This document shows positions 49,701-59,559 of a DNA stretch of 64,000 nucleotides, piece after piece. A model generated the notes under the pieces. It ran no database searches and was not told the origin of the DNA. It was given only the letters and a program-made list of their open reading frames with translations. The first letter of the stretch is position 1, and each line of letters starts with the position of its first letter. The stretch spans positions 124,001-188,000 of IMG/VR virus record IMGVR_UViG_3300033182_000674. One strand, given 5' to 3'. A program made the position numbers and the translations under genes.

Positions 49701-51355
49701 CCAGTACCACCTTCTGTGTGTCTATTAAATGATAATGTATGTTCTGCACGAGTACTAGGATCATTTCCTTTTTCAGTTTCGAAATATCCTAATACAAAAC
49801 TAATAGTGTCGTCATCCCAAGCATTATCTGATGTCATCTTCATTTTTATATCATACTTATGATATGTGTCAGAAGATACAAATCCAATATAAGAGGTTGA
49901 GTTAACATTACAACGAATTGATCCTGTGGCAGAATCATATACCCAAGCACTTGCAGCAGGTGAAGTATAAGTTCTAGTATTTGTAAAGAAATCATTATCA
50001 GCAATATCATCAACGTTTTGATGTTGGAATCTATACCAATTATTATAAATGTTTTCTTGTGAGAAACCTTGAAGCTTTTGAGCAGCAATAGACATTGTTT
50101 CTACTGGCGCAGCACTTAATGTATCTAAGTTAAAAGCAGAATCAAGTGTATGTTTAAACACTAATGTGTCAATACCTTGACCAGCATTAGTATACATAAA
50201 TTCACCACGCTCATCAAAATATACACCTGAAGTAATATAACCAGCAGAGTTATATGTTAAAGTAGCATCTTGTGCTGGTGAATCATTATAATAATTAACT
50301 CTAGATAAATCAAACTTAGTAGGGATTAATTTATTTTGATCATTATCTTCAACTAATGCTTCACCTCTATAATAATCACCTAAATGATAAGGAGTTGGAA
50401 TACCACTAACTGGCAATTCCCATCTATGAAGACCTGATGGACCAATCATAGTTAAGTTTTCGTTTAGATCATTACCTGCGCCATCTTTACCAAATGGAGC
50501 AAATGTTAATGATTGAGGAACTGTTTCATAGACATATGGAATAAGCGCTGATTCAATTTTAGCTGTTGTAGGCTCAAATGCAGTACTTAACTTAAACTTG
50601 TAAATAAAAGATGTTTGCCCGGTTTGATATCCACTAACAAACATTTCAGAACCATTTTTATTAAACGCAATACTTGTTGGTCTATCCATTAATGGTATAC
50701 CAATAGTGTCAACTAAAATCCAAGCACCGGCATATCTATACCGAGATAATGAAAAAGCATTTCTTAATTTAATTGTATGAACAGCATTTTTATAATCACC
50801 CATTACAAAAAGCTTTTTACCATCAGATGAAAAAGTTAAATCTATAGGTGCATATTCTTTTATTTTTCTTTGTGCCATTGATATGTTGGCTGAATATGAT
50901 GCAGTAGTAATATCCCAAGGAGTACTCAATTTATATTCATTAATACCGGCACCATCACCAGCAACAAACATACGAGTACCATTCGTATTAAATACTACGC
51001 CTTGTGGGCTGTTTTCTAATTTAGAAAAACCAGAACCAGTACCAATGTTTAAGCTCATATCAGCTTGGCCAACATCATCAATATCCATTTGATATGGATT
51101 AGATGCTACATAGCGATAGATTGTGTTTGTATTATTATCAGCAACATAAAAATATTGATTGTTGGAACCACCCCAACAACATCCACGCATATCAGCAGAT
51201 CCACTCATATCGGTATCAAAGAAAGAAGATGCAACTGATTCTACATATGTAGATGAGGTTATAGTAGCCTCTACAGGTTTAACAAACTCTTTCGTGATAT
51301 TCTCAAGAGTGATACTACCGTCAAAAACATTTTTTGGTAAATAGGTAAATGCCAT
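46724..51355 (-). CDS. 1543-aa adhesin-like virion protein (beta-propeller repeats, TSP-C-like lectin module, Gly-rich C-terminal domain)
   Basis: LSTPWDITTA-type blades, a WDDDTISFVLGYF module and GAGG...GGGGAG glycine-rich segments. Confidence 0.65.
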   Translation of the reverse strand: MAFTYLPKNVFDGSITLENITKEFVKPVEATITSSTYVESVASSFFDTDMSGSADMRGCCWGGSNNQYFYVADNNTNTIYRYVASNPYQMDIDDVGQADMSLNIGTGSGFSKLENSPQGVVFNTNGTRMFVAGDGAGINEYKLSTPWDITTASYSANISMAQRKIKEYAPIDLTFSSDGKKLFVMGDYKNAVHTIKLRNAFSLSRYRYAGAWILVDTIGIPLMDRPTSIAFNKNGSEMFVSGYQTGQTSFIYKFKLSTAFEPTTAKIESALIPYVYETVPQSLTFAPFGKDGAGNDLNENLTMIGPSGLHRWELPVSGIPTPYHLGDYYRGEALVEDNDQNKLIPTKFDLSRVNYYNDSPAQDATLTYNSAGYITSGVYFDERGEFMYTNAGQGIDTLVFKHTLDSAFNLDTLSAAPVETMSIAAQKLQGFSQENIYNNWYRFQHQNVDDIADNDFFTNTRTYTSPAASAWVYDSATGSIRCNVNSTSYIGFVSSDTYHKYDIKMKMTSDNAWDDDTISFVLGYFETEKGNDPSTRAEHTLSFNRHTEGGTGDISGNSSWTLTLNLGQNNNQGDNAYKNLLAYDIDSSGDNDFFMDQTLLLAGTLPNEGSIDFQNWYSNQAWVHCIKEGSEYAIYFGEIETYDVNDTNFAFPPDWRNSPSTQTSDTSWDQTRKFGWIYFDVLERPTVGTINIGTINKQYWNGSSGVTLSTNYGGPYLSSYVYSIPPASTGTLYQNITSDALENTFNELAGGVRIGPACWSQDAAKWENMTFNGIDVTNGNLYYDQFQNHKIGAGGRKLYTAINTVFIESSGADSNVIGSEILEYDLPVSNILGYNQFSEHRLSTYKPFDTLTRGTIKDINFGYDSFETAGSRLYVLSNPGSSSDSTVDGVITQYSIIDPWNIALALVQYETELNLGFTPNTFSFMNDGAVALFAGDDSDGTIKVGNLLSPYNINTLVFQNDSASIFKSGLKEITGLYTEKTGKEIIASGIDSAGNSAIFKFVNENPTPQAIPMSAFNSGLVEYVGLNGYNEITVPDGCNYLSLAAIGAGGYGAPGSMFLPGLHSSTDLPDVELAKSNYVAAYNAHANGAYGGGGAGLAWANFIPVQPGDKIGFYAGIAPIVKMIDSEFSGADLTWPRFEILGNQFDPATGLSADSCFGIQHPPMVWNGDSNFILSGNSSAAQLSPSNSWVSVNGEIVAIAGGGGGVKKSSSYPTVSDATMAGGEIAFGNIDGISLENKFNLQKFGSYGGLNGNPGSLSQPIIGNYNNQLLFTENHLAGFGGAAGGWDENGGGGGTADAFDSAVLPNMIGCLPNSLTQLGFNDWLDPLVDNPYGPLYLGVGPGPCAREGGGTNIYGQSTSGLTSLLPTTMLESEIRGSYPNTSMAATPVINATYRFDSAQYNFLVNDDSAGAQPSNTFGTYSATNNRLQNVEETGYTYTEWASITKNNQSADGTSQVSYFGNATLTTDGVTGIPSFKNFGGGGSGQFDGTAVDSSGNISFVGLNEKPETSSFYASGGAGIVRLVFGRANERAFPADNVEQIYEV

Positions 51356-51356
51356 A

Positions 51357-53870
51357 TTATTTAATCTTTTGCTTTAATTCTTCTACTTCTGATTTAAGCT
51401 CTTTAACTGCTTCGATAAGCAAACCAACTACGTTACCGTAAGCAACTTGTAAGTAACCATCATCACCTTGTACAACAGCTTCTGGTAATACTGCTTGTAA
51501 TTCTTGTGCGATTACACCAGTACCACGTTGACCATTTGATACTTTGTTAAATGTTACGCCACGAACCTGATCTACCTTTGCCATTGCATCAGTAATTAAT
51601 TCGACATTTTCTTTTAATCTTGAGTCAGAGTATGCAGTAACATTACCTTGTGAAGTAATATCACCATCTGCATCAATAGTACCAGTAACATATAAGTCAC
51701 CATTTATTTGTGTTGAATCAGTATTTAATAATCCAGTAAAACTAACACTACCTACTGAATCAACTGTTAATCCACCAGCGGAAAGTCCACCACTAAATGT
51801 TGCACTATCATTAAATACCATTACACCAGTAATGGTATCACCATTAACATTTACATATGTACTATCTACTAATGACTCAACAAATGCTGTATTAATTTTA
51901 CTTCTAACATGATTTGAATCTATAATATTTAATACTTCACTTGAATCAACTGCAGGATCTACTCTAAAGTTAATATAAGCTGAATCAATGATTGTATTAT
52001 AATCGAAGTCATCAGCGCGTGCATTTACATATGCGCTGTCAACAACACCTAACCAATCTGCTCTATAGTTAATATAATCTGAATCAACAATATTAGTTAC
52101 AAAACCAGAATCTCTGTAAATATCTACTTGACGAGCTTGGACATAAGATGAATCAATGACTGTGATATAATCAAAGTCATCAGCACGAGCATTTACATAT
52201 GCGCTATCTACGTATGATGCAATAGTTGAAGAACCAATTGTTTGAACATGGCCATGAGTATCAAATGTGATTGCATCTACAAATTGACCTGGTGTTGATG
52301 TAACATCACTAATGATAATGTTATCATGTCTAGCCATAATCCAGCTTGAGTCAACCATTTTATAAAGTTCAGCTGAGTCAACAGTACCAATTGCTCTATC
52401 AGCAATATAAGATGAATCAACTAAGTTAATAACTTGTTGTTGTGTTAGTCTTAAATTAATTGCTGCAAGTAATGTACCATATGCATCGCTATCATTATTC
52501 AATGCATCCGCAATTTCTTTAAGTGTATCTAATTGTCCAGGTGCGCCATTAATAAGAGCAGCAATCGCACTGTCAATTAAACTAACTGCTTCTTGTGAGT
52601 CTAAGTAAATATGATCAATTAAGTTTTCAACATATGATTGATTGACAACCGTAGTAATTCTAGTATCTAAATTACCTGCAGTAGATTTAACACTTACAAC
52701 ATGACCATAATTATCTACATTAACACCAGTAACATACGTATTTGTGGAATCAATTACTTCAAACGTTTTAGACGATGATAAAACACCAGTTGAATCATGA
52801 TGAGACATAACATATGCGTTATTAACATAATCACTTATGTCTTGAGTACCAACTTCTACTGGGTGACCTTTATCATCAAAAATTATATCACTAAGGTATG
52901 TGCCAGCAGATGGGAAAACATTAGAAAGAGTTGGTTCTTTATCTGCATGTCGATCCATTACATATGGTGCATCAACAAAACGATTTGTAACTGAAGCAAG
53001 TGCAGCAGTTAGATATTTACTATTAAGAGCTGGATCTTGAACTGCTTCATCAACTAGTTCTATACCAGTCATTGCTCCAACAGAATCACCCCAAACATCT
53101 GCAACATAAGCAGTATATTTAGTTAATGAACTATCAACCAATGCTGCAATATAATCACTATCGATAAAGATTGATAAGTCAGATGAAAGAATTGCGTCTA
53201 AGCTTTGAGTTGAGTATGCAGTTAAGTGACCTTGAGCATCAAATGTTAGACCATTAACAAACTCATCTGGATTAGTTGCTAAGTTATTTAATGTTGGTGC
53301 TTTAGGATCGTGATTAATTGTAATTGTTCTATTGGCATCAGTAAATTGATTAGCACCTGACACACTTAAGTTATCACCTGCGACAATTTGAAAATCAAAC
53401 TCGCTTCTTGGAATAAAACCACTATCTAAATCAACAGAACTAATTGATGTAATATGTGCATGATTATCAATAGTAATATTTGAAACAACATTATTATTCG
53501 TATTACTAGTATTTGCTGCTCCAGCTTGTTTCAACGCGTGTTTAATTTGAATAACAAAATCAGAATCACCTTTGGTGGTGAACATATCTTCATTTAGACC
53601 AAAATTAGCAGAATCACCATTATTAACTGAAAGCATACCATCAGGAGTTTTAATCGTAATTAATCCATTAAAGATATTGGCTGCTATTTCATCAATAATT
53701 AATTGCTGAGCGGTTGCTGCACTAATTGCTTGGTTTGTTACAAAGTATTTTAAAGCAGTTCCAAGATTTAGTTTGGAAACTCCATATAAATCAGTTGTAT
53801 TAGCGACAATAAGATAATTAGAATCTCTAAGATCCTGTTCCGCCATTGAGTCTAAATCTAATATTCTCAT
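51357..53870 (-). CDS. 837-aa tail fibre with C-terminal intramolecular chaperone (peptidase S74-like)
   Basis: AYSDSRLKENV...GVIAQEL...VAYGNVVGLLIEAVKELK, GAPGQLDTLKEIADAL and repeated FDxxGH fibre knots. Confidence 0.85.
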   Translation of the reverse strand: MRILDLDSMAEQDLRDSNYLIVANTTDLYGVSKLNLGTALKYFVTNQAISAATAQQLIIDEIAANIFNGLITIKTPDGMLSVNNGDSANFGLNEDMFTTKGDSDFVIQIKHALKQAGAANTSNTNNNVVSNITIDNHAHITSISSVDLDSGFIPRSEFDFQIVAGDNLSVSGANQFTDANRTITINHDPKAPTLNNLATNPDEFVNGLTFDAQGHLTAYSTQSLDAILSSDLSIFIDSDYIAALVDSSLTKYTAYVADVWGDSVGAMTGIELVDEAVQDPALNSKYLTAALASVTNRFVDAPYVMDRHADKEPTLSNVFPSAGTYLSDIIFDDKGHPVEVGTQDISDYVNNAYVMSHHDSTGVLSSSKTFEVIDSTNTYVTGVNVDNYGHVVSVKSTAGNLDTRITTVVNQSYVENLIDHIYLDSQEAVSLIDSAIAALINGAPGQLDTLKEIADALNNDSDAYGTLLAAINLRLTQQQVINLVDSSYIADRAIGTVDSAELYKMVDSSWIMARHDNIIISDVTSTPGQFVDAITFDTHGHVQTIGSSTIASYVDSAYVNARADDFDYITVIDSSYVQARQVDIYRDSGFVTNIVDSDYINYRADWLGVVDSAYVNARADDFDYNTIIDSAYINFRVDPAVDSSEVLNIIDSNHVRSKINTAFVESLVDSTYVNVNGDTITGVMVFNDSATFSGGLSAGGLTVDSVGSVSFTGLLNTDSTQINGDLYVTGTIDADGDITSQGNVTAYSDSRLKENVELITDAMAKVDQVRGVTFNKVSNGQRGTGVIAQELQAVLPEAVVQGDDGYLQVAYGNVVGLLIEAVKELKSEVEELKQKIK

Positions 53871-53889
53871 TTCTTTTTATTCCGATTAA

Positions 53890-55224
53890 TTAGTACGTTC
53901 TTGAAGTCGCATTACTTACAGCACCGACTGTTTCGTTGGTAGTATTAAATTGAATCATTCTTACTTTTAATGACCATTTAGTTGCATCTAAATCAGCATG
54001 AACTCCAGTTTCTTTTATTGGTGCTGTACCAATACCATTAGCACCGATTGTAATTGCCATTGCTGAACTATTACCAGTTACTACATTAGGTGCAACCGCT
54101 GTTAATACTGCGCCAACACCATAGCTTAAACTAGTATGACGTGTTGGTTCAACTGTAGGTGCTGGTATAACATCTCCAACTGTATATGACTGATCACTTG
54201 TTTTACAAACAAGTTCTATTTGATAGAAATCTGGAGTACCTGATCTACCATCAGCAGCATATGGGTTATTACCACTTTGAGTATAATCATAAAGTAAATA
54301 ATAAACACCAGCATTAGCAAGTGTTGTAACTTCATACTCAACAACACTGTATAATGTATTACTAAAAGCATTTAATCCTTGAACTAACGTTGCAGGTGTA
54401 ACAATTAAGTTATCTGAAGTTAATTGTGCAACGTCTGAATCTTCTGCAAATAGAGTTGAGCTATGATCATTTACTAAACCAGTAGTTGTAATTTGATTTG
54501 TTGTTACGCTATTGAATGTAACATCTGACGTTGTTTCAACAGCTTGACCAATACTAATAGCATTATTAGTAATAGATACACCAGTACCTTCATTGGCTGC
54601 ATTCAGTGCTACTGGAATAGAAAGTGTACTTAAATCAATTTCAAGTAAACCGGTTGTATTATCATAAGATAAGCCATTATTAGGCGTAATTGAAAGAGCT
54701 GCTCTTGCTCTAGCATCAGTATAATAAAGATTACCGGTACCTTCTAAAATTTGGTCAGTATTATATTGACCACCACCACCTTGTTGAGCAGCATCAACAA
54801 TATCAGCTAAAACTATAGGCAATTGACTTGATACTAAGGTACCAGTAATTTTACCTGCATCGATATTTGGAATTAAAGCTGGACTTAAAACACCAGAAGT
54901 AATTTTACTTGCAGGTAAATTAGGAATATCTGTTACTTGTATATCATTTGATACAAAAGAAAATACACCAGTTAATGGATTATAACTAAGTTCTGTATGA
55001 GATGAACCAGTACCAACAACTTCAACCATATCTCTAATAGTAGAAGGTTTTGTTCTTTCAATAAGTGTATTGACCGCATCAGTAATAGATGAATAATCTC
55101 CATCACCTTGGTCATTAATTGAACCAACACCTCCGACATTTGTCGATAAGGTATTAATTTTCTTTCTTAAAGTACCAATAGTGTCGGTAATATCAATAAC
55201 AATTGGATTAGGATCTGCTGCCAT
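53890..55224 (-). CDS. About 444-aa fibre/whisker-like virion protein
   Basis: N-terminal DITDTIGTLRKKIN anchor-like motif, LPASKITSG repeats and NLYYTDARARAA. The ATG at 55224 is preferred to the TTG at 55239. Confidence 0.6.
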   Translation of the reverse strand: MAADPNPIVIDITDTIGTLRKKINTLSTNVGGVGSINDQGDGDYSSITDAVNTLIERTKPSTIRDMVEVVGTGSSHTELSYNPLTGVFSFVSNDIQVTDIPNLPASKITSGVLSPALIPNIDAGKITGTLVSSQLPIVLADIVDAAQQGGGGQYNTDQILEGTGNLYYTDARARAALSITPNNGLSYDNTTGLLEIDLSTLSIPVALNAANEGTGVSITNNAISIGQAVETTSDVTFNSVTTNQITTTGLVNDHSSTLFAEDSDVAQLTSDNLIVTPATLVQGLNAFSNTLYSVVEYEVTTLANAGVYYLLYDYTQSGNNPYAADGRSGTPDFYQIELVCKTSDQSYTVGDVIPAPTVEPTRHTSLSYGVGAVLTAVAPNVVTGNSSAMAITIGANGIGTAPIKETGVHADLDATKWSLKVRMIQFNTTNETVGAVSNATSRTY

Positions 55225-55263
55225 AATAGTTTTCTTCAATAGTTAGTAAAAGTTGATTAATAG

Positions 55264-55271
55264 TATTTATA
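55264..55271 (-). promoter_or_regulatory. T4-type late promoter
   Basis: Exact TATAAATA just after the last gene of the radical SAM operon. Confidence 0.85.
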
Positions 55272-55277
55272 TGAGAT

Positions 55278-55676
55278 CTACGACACAGAGAAAAACTCTT
55301 CCTCATAATATTCTCTAATATCAGGTATCATTCCTTCCATTGGAATAGGAAAATCTATATTATCTAATAAAAATTCATAAACTTCTGGGCTTTCATCATA
55401 TGTTTTATAGTATGGATCATTACCATATAACAAATCGGGATCCATTAATAGATCCCTAAAGTCTTCTTGAAAATCTTGACTTATCCAATATGCATAACAA
55501 AAAGCAACAACATAACTTTTTGCTGGATATATCCATTCATCTACTCTTTCATAAAAATGCCGTAATGCATTATTCTTTAAATCATGTGATAAAGTAATTT
55601 CTATTTTATTTAGATCATCTTTAAAATAATGGTTTAATTTATGAAATACTTCTTGTCTTATTTTCCATTCTTGCAT
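55278..55676 (-). CDS. Unknown aromatic/acidic protein, last gene of the radical SAM operon
   Basis: 132-aa ORF overlapping the preceding radical SAM gene. No family recognised. Confidence 0.7.
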   Translation of the reverse strand: MQEWKIRQEVFHKLNHYFKDDLNKIEITLSHDLKNNALRHFYERVDEWIYPAKSYVVAFCYAYWISQDFQEDFRDLLMDPDLLYGNDPYYKTYDESPEVYEFLLDNIDFPIPMEGMIPDIREYYEEEFFSVS

Positions 55677-56574
55677 AATCTAATAATCCTTTGTAGCCAT
55701 TACACGAATTAGTTAGGTCTGTTACATATCTATAATGTTCAGTTAAACAGTGTCCATAATATTCACATTGCTTACATATTTCGCTTGTGTTTACTTCAGC
55801 TTCATTATCTGCCCATTTCAAATAATCATCAAATGAATCAAGCTCTAAGAAATATTCATTGTCATTCTTATCGAATTCTAATACTGCAAATTTGCCATTT
55901 GGTGTAATATAAACATGATCATTTGAAAATGCATTATATGTTTTATTTAATGAATCTTCAATATGATATTCATTAATAAATTCAAAGCTTTTTTCCACAG
56001 GACTTTCTAACCATTTAATAATAAAATCTTCAAAGTCTTTATGTGTTACATTTTGTTGATTAGCTTGATTAGTCGAATATGGTTTTATTTCAACTGAAGT
56101 AATTGCTCTACACATATTTAATTGTGTAATCATATGATCAACATCCATTTGAATAACCTTTTCTGATGCTAATATAAGAACAGCAATTGGTACTTCAGAC
56201 ATAAACATATTATTAAATACTTTTTCACTTTGTTCTCTTGCATCGAAATCATATGATACTGATAACGTAATATCATCATCAAAGAAAGGTTGATAAACTT
56301 TTGAGAAATTAGTATTAATATTAATTTTACCAGTATAATAATTTTTTATAACATTCTTTAACTGATAAAAATAAGACTTAGGCATTGCTGTTATTTCTCC
56401 GCCATATAAATCTACGTGATCTATATTTGGAACTTGAGATAATAACTCATCTAATTGGCCTAAGTCTATTCGCTTTTGATCTTTTAATTGCTCAGGTGTT
56501 AAATAACAAAAATCACAATTGAAATTACAAAAATAACTTGGATTAATTGATAGATTCATATCTAATATACTCAT
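55639..56574 (-). CDS. Radical SAM enzyme 4, with a Cys-rich C-terminal auxiliary-cluster motif
   Basis: CNFNCDFC, YGGE and C-terminal CKQCEYYGHC...C. Confidence 0.9.
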   Translation of the reverse strand: MSILDMNLSINPSYFCNFNCDFCYLTPEQLKDQKRIDLGQLDELLSQVPNIDHVDLYGGEITAMPKSYFYQLKNVIKNYYTGKININTNFSKVYQPFFDDDITLSVSYDFDAREQSEKVFNNMFMSEVPIAVLILASEKVIQMDVDHMITQLNMCRAITSVEIKPYSTNQANQQNVTHKDFEDFIIKWLESPVEKSFEFINEYHIEDSLNKTYNAFSNDHVYITPNGKFAVLEFDKNDNEYFLELDSFDDYLKWADNEAEVNTSEICKQCEYYGHCLTEHYRYVTDLTNSCNGYKGLLDYARMENKTRSIS

Positions 56575-57592
56575 TAATATAAGGTGTTAATTCACGCTCA
56601 ACTGCATTAGCTTCAAGAATCTTTGGAGCTAACTGTTTCATATGATAGCAATGATCTTCTACCATATTATGATTTTTTAAATCTTTAATTGTTTTCTTAC
56701 AACCATTACATATCTCAAACATAGGACATGTGTAACATGCTTGTTTTAAACTACTTAATTCTAAACTATTCATTAATGGTGTAAGAAACTCGCCATTCAT
56801 TTCTCTTTCCCAATCAATGGCCATATCTCTATCATCGCCAAAAGCACCACACGTATAATAGTCACCTTCAGGCTGTATAGTTCTTATACCAGCATCACAT
56901 CCTCTATTTTGTGGACATACTGTTGGTTCACCTTGCAAACGTTTCATCATTTGCATTGTATTAAATTCCCATGAAGCTAATCCAGCTTCCCATATCTCAA
57001 CATATTTTTCATATATTTTAGATAAGCGATATGGTTTATCTTGATCGCCACTTGACATTGCATAATTCAATTTACATACAACATCCATTTCTTTTGCAAG
57101 TTCAACTGTACGTATAGCACTCCATTCATTTTCTTCTGTTATAACAGCAATAAAGTCTGGACGATAACCACAGTGTTCTAACATTGCATCTGATGCTTTC
57201 CAAAAGTCCGCTTCAGTAAATACTTTACCATCACCCATTAGTCTTCCTTTACCATATTGAAATGATGTACATACTCCAACTCGGGGGTGATTAAATAAAT
57301 CAACCCATTTTTTTGGTTTAACAACAAATGGCCAAAGATTAGTTGTTAATGATATAGTGGCGTGTGAATCTACTTTGTCTAAATACTCAATAATCTTCCA
57401 ATAATAACTTGGATGCATCATTAATGGATCTCCACCATTTACAATAATAGTATTTGTCTCTGGAAATCTATCGATAAATTGGTAGATACGATCTAGATCT
57501 AGTTCTGATGTATGATCATCAGCTATCTTAGTGCTTGAACAGAAAGTGCATTTAAAATTACACTTTTCTGTTGGTTTAATAATTAAGTCCAT
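56543..57592 (-). CDS. Radical SAM/SPASM enzyme 3
   Basis: KPTEKCNFKCTFC, GGDP and the SPASM-like C...C...YTCG...CYTCPMFEICNGC...C. Confidence 0.93.
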   Translation of the reverse strand: MDLIIKPTEKCNFKCTFCSSTKIADDHTSELDLDRIYQFIDRFPETNTIIVNGGDPLMMHPSYYWKIIEYLDKVDSHATISLTTNLWPFVVKPKKWVDLFNHPRVGVCTSFQYGKGRLMGDGKVFTEADFWKASDAMLEHCGYRPDFIAVITEENEWSAIRTVELAKEMDVVCKLNYAMSSGDQDKPYRLSKIYEKYVEIWEAGLASWEFNTMQMMKRLQGEPTVCPQNRGCDAGIRTIQPEGDYYTCGAFGDDRDMAIDWEREMNGEFLTPLMNSLELSSLKQACYTCPMFEICNGCKKTIKDLKNHNMVEDHCYHMKQLAPKILEANAVERELTPYINEYIRYESIN

Positions 57593-58046
57593 CTATATCA
57601 TACATAAAGTTGGCGACTATTCTTACATCATCTGTATGAATAACCTTGTGTTGAACGTTTGGTGCTTGGCTTAACATAATTAAATCATATTTACTAGGTT
57701 GAATAATACCAGTTTTTTCATTATTCATTCTAACCATTAACTCACCATTATTTTTTATATCAGTCATATAATATAAAAAGAATATATTATAACCTTCTCT
57801 TAGATCATTATGCCATTCACATGTAGAATCTTCTGATCCTTTCCATATTGAATGATCTGTTTTATTATAATTACCAAAAAGCGGTATTACATACTTATCT
57901 ACAATATATTTATTTGCTTCATTAATATCTATATTGAGCATTTCAAATTGATTATCGTTTACTTCTGGAACATCAATAAAAGAATATAACTCCTTATCGA
58001 TAGTTTGCGCATAACCTTTTATAATAAAATCACTAAAATCAATCAT
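57576..58046 (-). CDS. Fe(II)/2-oxoglutarate oxygenase-like protein
   Basis: WHND (HxD), FLYYM, GEL, distal HKV and RIV. Confidence 0.8.
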   Translation of the reverse strand: MIDFSDFIIKGYAQTIDKELYSFIDVPEVNDNQFEMLNIDINEANKYIVDKYVIPLFGNYNKTDHSIWKGSEDSTCEWHNDLREGYNIFFLYYMTDIKNNGELMVRMNNEKTGIIQPSKYDLIMLSQAPNVQHKVIHTDDVRIVANFMYDIDGLNY

Positions 58047-58527
58047 CTAATACTGCTTTAAAAGTAAATTTTAAAAGTTTTCTTGGAGAAGTATTTTCAA
58101 AGTTTGTTGCTCTATGTAAAACATCACCATTAAAGAATACTGCTCTTCCTTTTGCAATATTCACATTATGGATATTGCCGTTATAATCCTTTATTTCTAA
58201 TGGATCTTCACAATCTTCTAAGTATACAACAACAGTAAAACTAACGTCAGGAATTTCTATATTATCTTCTTCTAAATTATCTGGATGAAATTTATAAGAA
58301 CCATAATCTAAATTATTCGCTAATAATTTTGCGGTACTTAATTTATATCTTTTACCAAGATAATCATTAATTTTTTCTATAACATAAAAAGCACTCGGTG
58401 GAATAATACAATCAGATCTTCCATCACCCCAACTCCAATCTTGAGTTTCATTGGCATATTCTTTAAATATAATATCGTCAACAAAATCGTCAACAACTTT
58501 CCATTCTGGATCAAATACTCTAATCAT
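58039..58527 (-). CDS. Fe(II)/2-oxoglutarate oxygenase-like protein
   Basis: FHPD (HxD), TVVVYL, GRAVFFNGDVLHRA and distal R. Confidence 0.82.
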   Translation of the reverse strand: MIRVFDPEWKVVDDFVDDIIFKEYANETQDWSWGDGRSDCIIPPSAFYVIEKINDYLGKRYKLSTAKLLANNLDYGSYKFHPDNLEEDNIEIPDVSFTVVVYLEDCEDPLEIKDYNGNIHNVNIAKGRAVFFNGDVLHRATNFENTSPRKLLKFTFKAVLDD

Positions 58528-59542
58528 TCATTTTATCTGCATATTTAAATGTTTCTTTATAAACACAACCATCAAAGTCACGTTCTAATCTTTTCCAATC
58601 ATTTCTAACAAAACAACTAAATGGACATCTATTATAATATTCACAACTAAAGCAATCATGATCATTTAAAAACTTTTCAATAATTGCATCATTGGTATCA
58701 GATATTATAGTAATAAAGTCTTCGGTATCTTTATGTTGTCTTATTCTACAACTTGATGTCCTATTATCTGCTTCCAATAATAATTTATTTACACTGGGAC
58801 AACTCATTTTATTTAATGATGCGTTATTAGTAAAAGCAGATAAGTTAGTACATTCTGGATAATGATCTAAAAGGAATATATTAAAATTATATAAGTCTCT
58901 CTCACTTGGAACAAGTGTATTTGGAACAGTAGGACCTGGTGTCAATTGATCCCAATAACATGGGAATAGACTATAGAGATAATCAAAATATTCATCACCA
59001 TTATTTTGAAGGCGATACATACTTTGTTTAGTTGCAACAAGACATATTAAACTAATATGGTCCTTAAAAATTTCTATATTTTCTTTGAATATTTTAAATT
59101 GTGCTGGATTAAATCTACCTGTTATATCATAACTTACACTTAATTTTAAATTATGTTTTTGTAGCCATTCAAGCATAATAGATGTATTATCAAATACAAG
59201 ATTACTTACAAAATTGAATGTTACAGACTTATCTAATTCATTACATAATTCATTTACACCATCTATAAATTCGTCATAGATTGGTAGATATTCATCAAAC
59301 AAATGATCTTGAAATAATTCGCCACCCATTATATTAAGAATATAATGATATTTGGTATTGGTATTAAAAAAGTCTCTTATTACATCAAGCTTGGAAAGTA
59401 TTTGCTCTTTACTTTGACCAATTTTAGATTCATGATCTTGAAAGCAGTGTATACAACGTAAATTACATTCCTCAAAAAAGAATATTTCTAATTCTCCAGA
59501 GTCAGGTATTTTACTTTCTATAACACTTTGTAAATAACTCAT
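58520..59542 (-). CDS. Radical SAM enzyme 2, with a Cys-rich C-terminus
   Basis: CNLRCIHC, MGGE and C-terminal CFSCEYYNRCPFSC...C. Confidence 0.9.
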   Translation of the reverse strand: MSYLQSVIESKIPDSGELEIFFFEECNLRCIHCFQDHESKIGQSKEQILSKLDVIRDFFNTNTKYHYILNIMGGELFQDHLFDEYLPIYDEFIDGVNELCNELDKSVTFNFVSNLVFDNTSIMLEWLQKHNLKLSVSYDITGRFNPAQFKIFKENIEIFKDHISLICLVATKQSMYRLQNNGDEYFDYLYSLFPCYWDQLTPGPTVPNTLVPSERDLYNFNIFLLDHYPECTNLSAFTNNASLNKMSCPSVNKLLLEADNRTSSCRIRQHKDTEDFITIISDTNDAIIEKFLNDHDCFSCEYYNRCPFSCFVRNDWKRLERDFDGCVYKETFKYADKMND

Positions 59543-59559
59543 AATAAAAATAAATTAAT

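Noticed and set aside
10393-50088. Short alternative-frame minus-strand ORFs nested in the giant genes (for example 34762-35025, 36601-36843, 39856-40113) and 18880-19176
   Set aside because: Their Leu/Ile/Met-rich composition is the expected by-product of the main frame's codon bias.
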